Origin: Cyanophyceae cyanobacterium
GTDB taxonomy: Bacteria; Cyanobacteriota; Cyanobacteriia; Cyanobacteriales; Laspinemataceae
Length of the DNA stretch: 64,000 bases
Direction of reading: 5' to 3'
Assembly: GCA_038321985.1 (NCBI GenBank)
Contig: JBBQFN010000003.1
Coordinates: 288,001 to 352,000, forward strand
The notes under the pieces are model-generated. The model did not search any database. It was not told the origin of the DNA and saw only the letters and a program-made list of their open reading frames with translations. This document shows positions 39,942 through 50,814 of the stretch, piece by piece. The translations under genes were made by a program, and so were the position numbers. Position 1 is the first letter of the stretch; each line of letters starts with the position of its first letter.

Positions 39942-41669
39942 ATGAACCCGGTATTGCTCAATCATCGCTATCGTATTCTTCAAGAATTAGGTATGGGTGG
40001 ATTCGGCCAAACTTTTTTGGCGGAAGATACCCAAATGCCTTCTAAACGCCGATGCGTCATCAAGCAGCTAAAACCTGTGACTGGCAATCCCCAAATTTAT
40101 CAGATGGTACAAGAACGATTTGCGCGGGAAGCGGCAGTTTTGGAGCAACTGGGGGATGGAAATGCTCAAATTCCCAAGTTGTTTGCGTATTTTGAATTAG
40201 ATGGACAGTTTTATCTGGTTCAAGAATGGATTGAGGGGGGTACTTTAGCCAAAAAGGTCCAAACGGTGGGGACCCTGAGTGAGGCGCAAGTGCGATCGCT
40301 CCTGACGAAAATTTTGCCCGTCCTTGGGTATGTGCATAGCTTTCGGATGGTACATCGGGATATTAAGCCGGATAATATCATGTTGCGGCCCTCTGGCAGT
40401 TTCTCCCCAGGAGAAGATATACCTGTACTGATCGACTTTGGCGCGGTCAAAGAAACAATGGCAACCGCGATGAGTACCTCCGGGGGGGTGACGAACTCGA
40501 TCGCGATCGGAAGTCCAGGGTTTATGTCTGCCGAACAAGCGGCAGGTAGACCCGTATATTCCAGCGATTTGTATAGTTTGGGATTGACGGCAATTTATAT
40601 GCTAACGGGAAAAATTCCCCTGGAGTTTCCCACGGATCCGGCAACGGGTGAAATACTCTGGCGTCAGTATGCGCCAACGGTTAGTCCCGGTTTAGCGATG
40701 GTCCTCGATCGCTCAATTCGGTTTAATCCCCGCGATCGCTTCCCCACTGCACAAGGGATGTTAGATGCTTTAAGACCCGATGTCAATTCTCAAGTCTCGA
40801 CTGTTGCAGTTGCGCCGGTAAATCGTCCGGTAGGGAATCCTCCACCTTACCCGCGATCGCCTCAACCTGTTATCCCCACCCGAGGAGTCAGCCCTGTAGG
40901 GAACCCTCCACCTTACCCGCGATCGCCTCAACCCGTTATCCCCGCCCGGGCAATTGGTATTGCTGCGGCTGTGTTAGGGATATCCTTTCTGATCGGATTT
41001 GCGATCGCCCAACAAAAAATCTCCTCTGACTCCCCGATTGCCACTCCTCCCGCTAACAATCCGCCCCCGGTTTCTCCTCCACCTTACAACCCACCGCCTA
41101 GAGAAACTCCGCCTATTTATTCCGAACCTACCCCGGTGGTTGTCCCTCCTGCGGAACCGGAACCGCCGGTGGTTGTTCCTCCGGTGGAACCGGAAACGCC
41201 GGTGGTTGTCCCTCCGGTGGAACCGGAACCGCCGGTGGTTGTTCCTCCGGTGGAACCGGAAACGCCGGTGGTTGTCCCTCCAGTGGAACCGGAACCGCCG
41301 GTTTCGGAGATTCCCTCACAACCGGCGGAACCCGAGGGCGATCGTCCCACCCCGGAAGAGTCAGTGTTCAATTACTATTCCAGCATTAATAACCGGGACT
41401 ATTCCCAAGCGTGGAACCAACTTGAACCCCGATTTCAGAACAATCAATCCGGGGATTATAATACTTATACAACCTGGTGGGATAGTGTCGGGTTGGTCAA
41501 TGTGGAGGAGGTTGACGTGGTAGCCAGTTCCCCATCAGCCGCCATTGTAGATACCTCACTAACCTATACGATGCAAGATGGCAGAATTTCCAATGAAACC
41601 ATCCGAATGTCCCTAATTTGGAATGAGCAAACCGGCACATGGGCGATCGAGCAAACCAGTCGTCTCTAA
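39942..41669 (+). CDS. Ser/Thr protein kinase with TM helix, Pro-rich repeats and C-terminal extracytoplasmic domain
   Basis: LGMGGFG, VIK, HRDIKPDN, IDFG; 2x PVGNPPPYPRSPQPVIP and 5x PVVVPP(A/V)EPE repeats. Confidence 0.9.
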   Translation: MNPVLLNHRYRILQELGMGGFGQTFLAEDTQMPSKRRCVIKQLKPVTGNPQIYQMVQERFAREAAVLEQLGDGNAQIPKLFAYFELDGQFYLVQEWIEGGTLAKKVQTVGTLSEAQVRSLLTKILPVLGYVHSFRMVHRDIKPDNIMLRPSGSFSPGEDIPVLIDFGAVKETMATAMSTSGGVTNSIAIGSPGFMSAEQAAGRPVYSSDLYSLGLTAIYMLTGKIPLEFPTDPATGEILWRQYAPTVSPGLAMVLDRSIRFNPRDRFPTAQGMLDALRPDVNSQVSTVAVAPVNRPVGNPPPYPRSPQPVIPTRGVSPVGNPPPYPRSPQPVIPARAIGIAAAVLGISFLIGFAIAQQKISSDSPIATPPANNPPPVSPPPYNPPPRETPPIYSEPTPVVVPPAEPEPPVVVPPVEPETPVVVPPVEPEPPVVVPPVEPETPVVVPPVEPEPPVSEIPSQPAEPEGDRPTPEESVFNYYSSINNRDYSQAWNQLEPRFQNNQSGDYNTYTTWWDSVGLVNVEEVDVVASSPSAAIVDTSLTYTMQDGRISNETIRMSLIWNEQTGTWAIEQTSRL

Positions 41670-41689
41670 CTGAACCCGGGTGAAATGAC

Positions 41690-41720
41690 AAAAAGGGTGG
41701 ACAAAAGCCCACCCTTTTTT
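41690..41720. terminator. Bidirectional terminator between the kinase and chlN
   Basis: AAAAAGGGTGG...CCACCCTTTTTT. Confidence 0.75.
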
Positions 41721-41743
41721 AACCTATATAATCATACCCTGGA

Positions 41744-43159
<1,416 letters not shown>

Positions 43160-43185
43160 TTAATTGTTGGTGCTGAATAAGTCGC

Positions 43186-44727
43186 TTACAAATCATTCAA
43201 GAGATCAGACATTTCTGAATCATCTTCAGCGTCCATTTCATCCGCTAGCGCATCGAGATCGACGTCACCAAACGCATCTTCTGAGTCATCGTCTCCTAAC
43301 GAGTCGAGGTCTAAATCCCCGAGGTCATCGTCAGAACTCGATTCTCCAAATCCCTCTAAATCCAAATCCCCCAAGTCATCATCAGGTTTAGATTCCCCAA
43401 ATCCTTCTATATCCAAATCCCCAAGGTCTACATCGGAGTCAGATTCTGAGTCCAACCCGTCTAAATCCAGGTCTCCGAGGTCATCCGATATAGATTCCCC
43501 GAAAGGATTCGATATGGCGATCGCATCTTCGTCGGCCTCTTCGTCAAATCCTGCCAAGTCCATTTCGCCCAAATCCTCGGAGGATTCGGAATCAAGACCG
43601 CCTAAATCCAGGTCCCCAAAGTCGTCATTGGCAGAGGATTCGGAATCAAGACCGCCTAAATCCAGGTCTCCAAAGTCGTCATCGCCCGAGGCTGCTTCGG
43701 CAGAGGGTTCTAGGTCGAGACCGCCTAAATCCAGGTCTCCAAAGTCGTCATCGCCCGAGGCTGCTTCGGCAGAGGGTTCTAGGTCGAGACCGCCTAAATC
43801 CATGTCTCCAAAGTCATCATCGCCCGAGGCTGCTTCGGCAGAGGTTTCTAGGTCGAGACCGCCTAAATCCATGTCTCCAAAGTCATCATCGCCCGAGGCT
43901 GTTTCGGCAGAGGTTTCTAGGTCGAGACCGCCTAAATCCAGGTCTCCAAAGTCATCATCGCCCGAGGCTGTTTCGGCAGAGGTTTCTAGGTCGAGACCGC
44001 CTAAATCCAGGTCTCCAAAGTCATCATCGCCAGAGGATTCTGAGTCAAGGGAAGATAGATCGCCCGGATCAGAGACGTCCGCGATCATCAGGTTGACTTC
44101 GGTAACCTCTATCTGTACTTCCTCTAAGACGGTGACTCCAAAATCTGCTAAGTCATCCTCCTCATCCGTGGATGAATCCATTGAATCCAACGGATCAAGT
44201 TCTTCGTCCTCGATCGCCTCCGCACCAAAAACCGATGCAGCAACAGAAAGAGCCGGATCGCCATAATCGCGATCGCTTGCTGCTGGGGCTTGGGTCGGGG
44301 CTGGTTCAGGAGACTGTTCTACAGCGGCAGCATGAGCAACCGCTGCCTCTGGGGAGGAGAGAGGTTGCTGGGGTGTTGCCGGGGTCGGCGTCGCCACAGG
44401 GGTTGTTTTATTCTCTCCTGTGGGTGAGGGCGCTGACGTTGCCGGACCTCTACCTAGGGCGAGGTCGGGGTCAAAGTTGAGGCCAATCACCTCAATCAAG
44501 GTATCCGGATCAGGATTAAGCTGCGAAAAGGGCAACATGAGTTGCGCTAGCTTCGGTTCTAAGGCATTCATCACGCCAAGAATGAAGTAGGAGGGAGGCC
44601 GTTTGCCGCCATCTGGGGTATTCACGGCTGCCAACCTTGTATGCAGGTTCAGCCAGTCACGGTTGTCTTCAAAATATTTCAACCACTGATTCTTTAAAGT
44701 GGTAGAGAATTCTTCAAAAAATGCCAT
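43186..44727 (-). CDS. DUF5331 protein with long acidic repeat tail
   Basis: N-terminal WLKYF...GGKRPPSYFILG...GLNFDPD; located between chlL and chlN. Confidence 0.85.
   Translation of the reverse strand: MAFFEEFSTTLKNQWLKYFEDNRDWLNLHTRLAAVNTPDGGKRPPSYFILGVMNALEPKLAQLMLPFSQLNPDPDTLIEVIGLNFDPDLALGRGPATSAPSPTGENKTTPVATPTPATPQQPLSSPEAAVAHAAAVEQSPEPAPTQAPAASDRDYGDPALSVAASVFGAEAIEDEELDPLDSMDSSTDEEDDLADFGVTVLEEVQIEVTEVNLMIADVSDPGDLSSLDSESSGDDDFGDLDLGGLDLETSAETASGDDDFGDLDLGGLDLETSAETASGDDDFGDMDLGGLDLETSAEAASGDDDFGDMDLGGLDLEPSAEAASGDDDFGDLDLGGLDLEPSAEAASGDDDFGDLDLGGLDSESSANDDFGDLDLGGLDSESSEDLGEMDLAGFDEEADEDAIAISNPFGESISDDLGDLDLDGLDSESDSDVDLGDLDIEGFGESKPDDDLGDLDLEGFGESSSDDDLGDLDLDSLGDDDSEDAFGDVDLDALADEMDAEDDSEMSDLLNDL
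43590..44040 (-). repeat. 69-bp coding tandem repeat (SGDDDFGDLDLGGLDLETSAEAA)
   Basis: About six copies at 69-bp period plus shorter degenerate units. Confidence 0.9.
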
Positions 44728-44853
44728 AACGCCTATCCCTCTGGGTTGCTGAAAACTAGTAGGTTGTATTCTTTAATAGATCTATTGTCTCGTACTGAAT
44801 CATACCCACTTTCTCAACACCCCCTCCATTCTCGTCATGAATCGTGTAAATTT

Positions 44854-45720
44854 CTAAACCATCATCAGGTCGAGTTCGCCTTCGGCGGTGTGTTCTGGAG
44901 CCTTGATGGGATTGAGGTAGAAGTCCGACAGCAACGAGAATAACTCCCGATCTGGCGTATCATTCGGGACGACGCCTTCGGGAGAAGAAAGCAGCTGGTC
45001 GGCGATATTCAGGTAGTAATCACAGACGTAGTTGAGGGAAGGGTCACTTTCGGCCATCTCAAACAGGGTTTTGCCTTTGACCCGAGAAACCCGAATATCT
45101 TCAATCAAGGGCAAAATTTCTAAAACCGGCATGGGTACGGTGTCGATATATTTATCAATCAGGTCGCGCTTTGAGGTGCGGTTGCCGATTAACCCAGCCA
45201 GCCGCAAGGTATGGGTGCGAGCTTTTTCGCGAACTGATGCAGCAATTCGGTTAGCCGCAAATAAGGCATCAAAGCCATTATCCGTAACGATTACGCAGTA
45301 GTCGGCATAGTTGAGGGGTGCGGCAAATCCACCACAAACCACGTCACCGAGAACGTCAAACAGAATCACATCATATTCGTCAAAGGCGTTGAGTTCTTTG
45401 AGCAGTTTGACGGTTTCCCCAACCACGTAACCGCCGCAACCTGCTCCTGCTGGAGGGCCACCTGCTTCTACGCAGTCCACACCGCCATAGCCTTTGTAAA
45501 TGACATCTTCAGGCCAAACGTCTTCGTAATGGAAGTCTTTTTCTTGCAGGGTGTCAATGATGGTGGGAATTAGATACCCGGTTAGGGTAAAGGTGCTGTC
45601 ATGTTTCGGATCACAGCCAATTTGTAGAACTTTTTTGCCGCGTTTGGCAAGGGCCACGGAGATATTACAGCTGGTCGTAGATTTACCGATCCCGCCTTTT
45701 CCGTAAACTGCGAATTTCAC
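44854..45720 (-). CDS. chlL: Light-independent protochlorophyllide reductase iron-sulfur ATP-binding subunit
   Basis: [46 protein letters not shown] start. Confidence 0.98.
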   Translation of the reverse strand: MKFAVYGKGGIGKSTTSCNISVALAKRGKKVLQIGCDPKHDSTFTLTGYLIPTIIDTLQEKDFHYEDVWPEDVIYKGYGGVDCVEAGGPPAGAGCGGYVVGETVKLLKELNAFDEYDVILFDVLGDVVCGGFAAPLNYADYCVIVTDNGFDALFAANRIAASVREKARTHTLRLAGLIGNRTSKRDLIDKYIDTVPMPVLEILPLIEDIRVSRVKGKTLFEMAESDPSLNYVCDYYLNIADQLLSSPEGVVPNDTPDRELFSLLSDFYLNPIKAPEHTAEGELDLMMV

Positions 45721-47017
45721 TCTTTTGTTCTCCTTAATTTTTGTGTCTTATTTTGCTGGGGCCTTCCTCCAGGTTGGGTCCTGTGAGTGGGGCTTCTAAT
45801 GGGTTTTTCCCTTGTTGATCGCAATTATTGTTCACGGACACCGGAAAGGTAAAGGGGGGGGAGGAATGACTGGGGGTTCTAAGGAGAGTTATAAAAAGTC
45901 TGGAAGATTATTTTAATGATTAATCCCTCGTGAGTCTCTATGAAGCCTGAAAAAAGATTGAAATCAGTTTTTAATTTATCTTATTTATAAAAATAGTGAC
46001 AATAACAAAAAGAAGGGAATTAGTTTATCCTGATCCCTGGGGCCTAATTTCCGGGGGTTGGGAGTGGGTTAGGCTTCCGGTTGGCTATGCTACAGAGGGA
46101 TCTAAGCCGAAAGAGCAAGGTTGAATCCCAGAGAATGGACGGGATCCAAAGGAAATCCTCAGGGCGATCGCCATCCTGGAGATTTGTGTTAATAATTGTG
46201 AATCTTTCCCGAATCTCTGAAATTCCGGCGGCTTTGGTTCGACAATTCCCTAAAAAAGGACCCTGTTTTATTACAGGACCCGGAATCTTACCCGATGCCT
46301 TGGGGAGGAGACCGGATTTAGAAGCGGGGGCCCTGGCCCTTAGAGTTTGAAGAACCAGCGATGGCGGTAGAGTCCCCAGAGAATCCAGCCCCAAAATAGC
46401 AAGGTAACCCGGGCGATCGCGAAGGACCCGTTGAGCTCCTCGAAGAGAGTGGTGATTGTGTGTTTCTGCAACCCACCCCCGATCAAGACGCCAAGGAGGG
46501 CCGCTACCACCGATGGGAAGGTTCCTTCAACAGTCCCTCGGGTTCAAAGCTGTCATGGCCCAAAATATCAGGGGGTCAAAATCAGGCGACAAGGGGACCT
46601 GCTCCCTTGGGGGATCAATCTGCCAGAAATAAGCCTAAAGCGAAGAGAATCGCCGCAAGACGGAGGATTTTGACGTAAACCGCCGCAGGAGGGGAACTGG
46701 GGGAGTGGGTGGATCTGGGGAAGGAAAAGGCTATGGCTACCCCACCGATCAAGAGGAATGCTGGAAAAATCAGGTCACTGGAAGTGAACCCATGGAACTG
46801 TGCAGGTAGGAGGGGGTAAACCTGCTACCCGCTACTCGGGTTATTGACGAGGAGCATCGAGGCGATCGCCATCTTACGAAACACCTCACGAGAAATTAGG
46901 CGTATAGAATTAAAAAATTCCAGGAGGAATTGTTACTCGGCTAAAAAAGCGGTCAACCTTGACCTTTTACGGTTATATTAATGGCTATTCAAAAAATTCC
47001 AATAGGGGAATATTAAG

Positions 47018-47488
47018 ATGAGCAAATCAGGAAAGAGTGATGAACACTTTATGAGAATGGCGATCGCCAAAGGAATGGAAGGAGTTAAGAAGGGGGAACC
47101 TCCCTTTGGTGCTTGTATCGTCAAAGATGGTGAAGTGGTGAGCTGTGTTCATAATGTCAATGTAGAAACAATGGACTCTACAGCCCATGCAGAAGTTCAT
47201 GCGATTCGGGAGGCTTGCCATAAATTAAAGACATTGGACTTATCCGGTTGTGTGATTTATGCCACTTGCGAACCTTGTCCGATGTGTTTTACGGCTGCTT
47301 ATTGGGCCAACCTCGATAAAATTGTGTTTGGAACTCGGGTTGCCGATGCCACGGCGATCGGGTTTACTCAGTTAGATATTACCTGTCAAGAACTGAAACA
47401 GTTAGGAAGCGATATTGAATTGGTGGGAGATGTTTTGAAAACAGAAAGTTTAGTTCTCTTTCAAGAATGGGTCCGCCTGAACTCGTGA
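47018..47488 (+). CDS. Nucleoside/nucleobase deaminase (CDA fold, guanine deaminase-like)
   Basis: PFGACIV, TAHAE, CEPCPMC. Confidence 0.85.
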   Translation: MSKSGKSDEHFMRMAIAKGMEGVKKGEPPFGACIVKDGEVVSCVHNVNVETMDSTAHAEVHAIREACHKLKTLDLSGCVIYATCEPCPMCFTAAYWANLDKIVFGTRVADATAIGFTQLDITCQELKQLGSDIELVGDVLKTESLVLFQEWVRLNS

Positions 47489-47651
47489 TTTTATGAGGCT
47501 AAAATTCATCGGTTAGCCCGGTCAAGCCTTCCTATTATTCGGGTCTAGGAATTCATAAAAATCGCTGTCCCCCTTCATCTCTAGTTAGGGACAAAGAATA
47601 GGGACAGCGCGATCGCCCGGTTAAATTGTTACCCTCGATCATAGCTAAAAA

Positions 47652-48731
47652 TTAGGCAGTAACTGAGGCATGAGGACGGGCAAAAATCATCCGACCCGCA
47701 GCAGTTTGTAGGGAAGACGTGACCACAACCCGCAACTGATCGCCGATGTATTTACGGCCTTCTTCTACGACTACCATCGTGCCATCATCTAAATATCCAA
47801 CCCCTTGGGCCTCTTCTTTCCCTTCTTTGAGAATTTTGAGCTCAAGGCTATCACCGGGTAGATAAACCGGACGAACGGCTTGGGTTAAGTCGTTGATATT
47901 CAGGACTAAGACCTTTTGGACCGTAGCGACTTTGGACAAGTTGTAATCATTGGTGAGCAAGGTTGCGTTAATTTCTTGGGCTAAACGCACCAATTTTGCA
48001 TCCACGGTTTGCAGGTCTTCATAGTCCGCTGGATGGATGACAATGCGTTCGGCATAGCTTTCTTTGATCCGGTTAAGGACGTCGAGTCCGCGACGACCCC
48101 GCACCCGTTTTTGATCGTTGGAGGCATCCGCCACCATCTGTAATTCCTGCAATACGAACTGGGGGACGAGGATTTGCCCTTCTAAAAATCCGGTGGCGAG
48201 GAGAGTCTCCACCCGGCCATCGATGATGCAGCTGGTGTCCAAGATTTTTGTCGCGGCGGATTTCAAGGTCCCTTCAGCAACTAACATGGATTCGAGACTG
48301 CTGGGATTGATCAGGCGCAGGAAAGCGCGACCGTGGGTATCAGCCAGGGTCACTCCCAAAAAGGCAAACATGAAGCTGCCGAGGATGGCGGCGAGGGGTT
48401 TAATAAAGCCAAATTCCTTGGGGATCGGCAGTAAGAAAACTGGGGCAAGCATTAAGTTAGCAACCAGGAGTCCCATGACTAAGCCGATCGCCCGGGTAAT
48501 CAGCATATCAATGGGCATTTGCCGGACTTGCCTTTCCATGCGTCGGTAGGTGGTTTGCACCGCTAGACCAACGGCACCCCCAATCAAGGCGGCAAAGCCG
48601 GTGGTGACCGATCGCAATCCATCCAGATTGGTGACCTGGGCGATCGCACTGGAGGGAAGCAGTTCTATGCTATAGAAACCGATCCCCGCCGCTGCTAGAA
48701 TAAATGAAAGAATGATGACTGCATTAAGCAT
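47652..48731 (-). CDS. PIN/TRAM domain membrane protein (YacL-like)
   Basis: TM helices, LDTSCIIDGR, GRRGLD, TNDYNL, GVGYLDDGTMVVVE, QTAAGRMIFA. Confidence 0.92.
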   Translation of the reverse strand: MLNAVIILSFILAAAGIGFYSIELLPSSAIAQVTNLDGLRSVTTGFAALIGGAVGLAVQTTYRRMERQVRQMPIDMLITRAIGLVMGLLVANLMLAPVFLLPIPKEFGFIKPLAAILGSFMFAFLGVTLADTHGRAFLRLINPSSLESMLVAEGTLKSAATKILDTSCIIDGRVETLLATGFLEGQILVPQFVLQELQMVADASNDQKRVRGRRGLDVLNRIKESYAERIVIHPADYEDLQTVDAKLVRLAQEINATLLTNDYNLSKVATVQKVLVLNINDLTQAVRPVYLPGDSLELKILKEGKEEAQGVGYLDDGTMVVVEEGRKYIGDQLRVVVTSSLQTAAGRMIFARPHASVTA

Positions 48732-48955
48732 GATTGATAAACTCAAAAGAGTACGTTTCAATTTCAGGTTGTCTATGCAGGGGAGCCATTTTTAGGAACG
48801 TTTTCCCCGCATTTTTTTTAAGCCCGCTGAGAAAGTTGAATTTAGAAAGACCTCTTGATTATACTATTAAGTTTTCGGGTAGTTTGCGGTTTTGACTCTC
48901 TCCATCGTAAGTCAGCCAGTACAGGGGTATCGGGTTTAAGCCAGAATTTAAGGGA

Positions 48956-50197
48956 TTGATGGTTACACAATCGACAATGAAGGAAATTCCCCGGTCCGCG
49001 TATCTGCACATTCCATTTTGTCGTCGGCGGTGCTTTTATTGCGATTTTCCGGTCTCGGTAGTGGGCGATCGCAAGCAGGGGGAGCACTCGGGCACGATTG
49101 TCGAATATGTAGACTGGCTGATTGCTGAAATTGAGAACACTCCAGTCTGGGGTCAGCCTTTGGAAACGGTGTTCTTTGGCGGGGGTACTCCGTCTCTATT
49201 ATCGGTCTCCCAGTTGAGTCGGATTTTAGGGAGTCTCGATCGCCAGTTTGGAATTACGCCAGAGGCGGAAATTTCGATTGAGATGGATCCGGGGACATTT
49301 GATCGACCTCACCTGGCTGGATATTGCCATGCCGGAGTTAATCGGGTGAGTATGGGGGTACAGGCATTTCAAGATGAACTGTTGGCTGATTGTGGGCGAT
49401 CGCACCGAACCGGAGACATTTTTAGGGCGGTTGAGGTGATTGGCGAGGTGGGAATCCCTAACTTTAGCCTCGATTTGATTTCGGGGTTGCCCCATCAAAC
49501 TTTAGCCCAGTGGCAAGAGTCCCTCGATCAGGCTGTTGCCCTAAATCCGGCCCATATTTCTTGCTATGACTTAATCGTAGAAACAGGGACTGCCTTTGCC
49601 CGGACCTACAAACCGGGGGTTTCTCCCCTCCCTACGGACGAGATCAGCGCCGAAATGTATCGCATTGCCGTTCGCACCCTGACCCAGGCGGGGTATGAAC
49701 ATTATGAAGTTTCCAATTACGCCCGGGGGGGCTATCAGTGTCGGCACAATCGCGTTTATTGGGAAAATCGCCCCTGCTATGGACTGGGGATGGGGGCGGC
49801 TAGTTATGTAGGGGGGCAACGGTTCACTCGTCCACGCACTAGGCGGGAATATTATGCCTGGGTGCAAGAGTGGCAAGGGAACGGAGGGGCGATTTCTATC
49901 CCAGAAACCCCGGAAAATGAGGTGTTGTTAGAAACTTTGATGTTGGGGTTGCGTTTAGCGGATGGGATTGATCTAAATCGCTTCACCCAGGAGTTTGGAA
50001 GTGACTGCCTCCAACAGCTTTGGCAGTGTCTCCTCCCCTATTACCGGCAAGGGTGGGTAGAAATTCAGCCCCCTACGGAAGAATTGGAGTTTTCTAACAC
50101 TCTGCCCCTATCCGGTTCTATCCGACTCTCGGATCCGGAAGGATTTTTATTTTCTAATACGGTTTTAGCCACGGTTTTTGAAGCCCTAGAAAAATAA
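48956..50197 (+). CDS. hemW: Radical SAM heme chaperone HemW (HemN-like)
   Basis: YLHIPFCRRRCFYCDF, FFGGGTPS, YEVSNY, HNRVYW; exact start uncertain. Confidence 0.88.
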   Translation: MMVTQSTMKEIPRSAYLHIPFCRRRCFYCDFPVSVVGDRKQGEHSGTIVEYVDWLIAEIENTPVWGQPLETVFFGGGTPSLLSVSQLSRILGSLDRQFGITPEAEISIEMDPGTFDRPHLAGYCHAGVNRVSMGVQAFQDELLADCGRSHRTGDIFRAVEVIGEVGIPNFSLDLISGLPHQTLAQWQESLDQAVALNPAHISCYDLIVETGTAFARTYKPGVSPLPTDEISAEMYRIAVRTLTQAGYEHYEVSNYARGGYQCRHNRVYWENRPCYGLGMGAASYVGGQRFTRPRTRREYYAWVQEWQGNGGAISIPETPENEVLLETLMLGLRLADGIDLNRFTQEFGSDCLQQLWQCLLPYYRQGWVEIQPPTEELEFSNTLPLSGSIRLSDPEGFLFSNTVLATVFEALEK

Positions 50198-50814
50198 AGG
50201 GCGTTTGGCAATTTAAAATTTCTACCTAAAGAGGTATTCCTAAAGAAATAGGTAGAAATCCACTGGTCAGGGGAATGACCCAAAAAAGGCCCGTAGATTC
50301 ATAAATTAGAGCGGATTTTTGCAACTAGGGGCGGTTTAGGGATTGGCCCTGGTATCCTTCATGTTTTTTTTAAATATTAGGCCGTTAACTTTATTAAACT
50401 TTTACAAAAGGAATAATAGTTTAAGATTCATTAAGCCCCCGGTTATATCCCTAGAGAGAGAGACAATTAAAAAATTTCATGCAAATAATATACCTAGAAG
50501 GACAGGGCATATTACCGGAGAGGTTTTAACGTTTGACCCGGCCTGGACGTCGAGTTGAATGGGTACTTTAAATTCTCAAATTTTTGTGTTTCTATACCAC
50601 TCGGGTTTGAATAATTCCCCAGCCCTGTTGCCACAAAAAAGTTCAGAGGAATTATAAAACGACGTAAATCGGTAGTCTATTGTCAATATAACACGCTTTT
50701 TCCTCAATCAAGTTAATCCCTTTCGCCGCTTAAACTGTTGATTTATAAAGACTGGAGAAGGGGTGGATGTGCCGACTTTAATTGAATGTTTTGATATTTA
50801 TCCCCTAGGGGCTT

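Noticed and set aside
40999..41523. Arg/Trp-rich and Gly/Thr-rich ORFs
   Set aside because: Alternative-frame and antisense shadows of the kinase 33-bp Pro-rich repeats
43514..44266. 250-aa Ser/Pro/Lys repeat ORF
   Set aside because: Antisense shadow of the acidic DUF5331 repeats
46044..47000. Riboswitch or genes upstream of the deaminase
   Set aside because: No recognisable purine or guanidine riboswitch consensus; overlapping ORFs lack motifs
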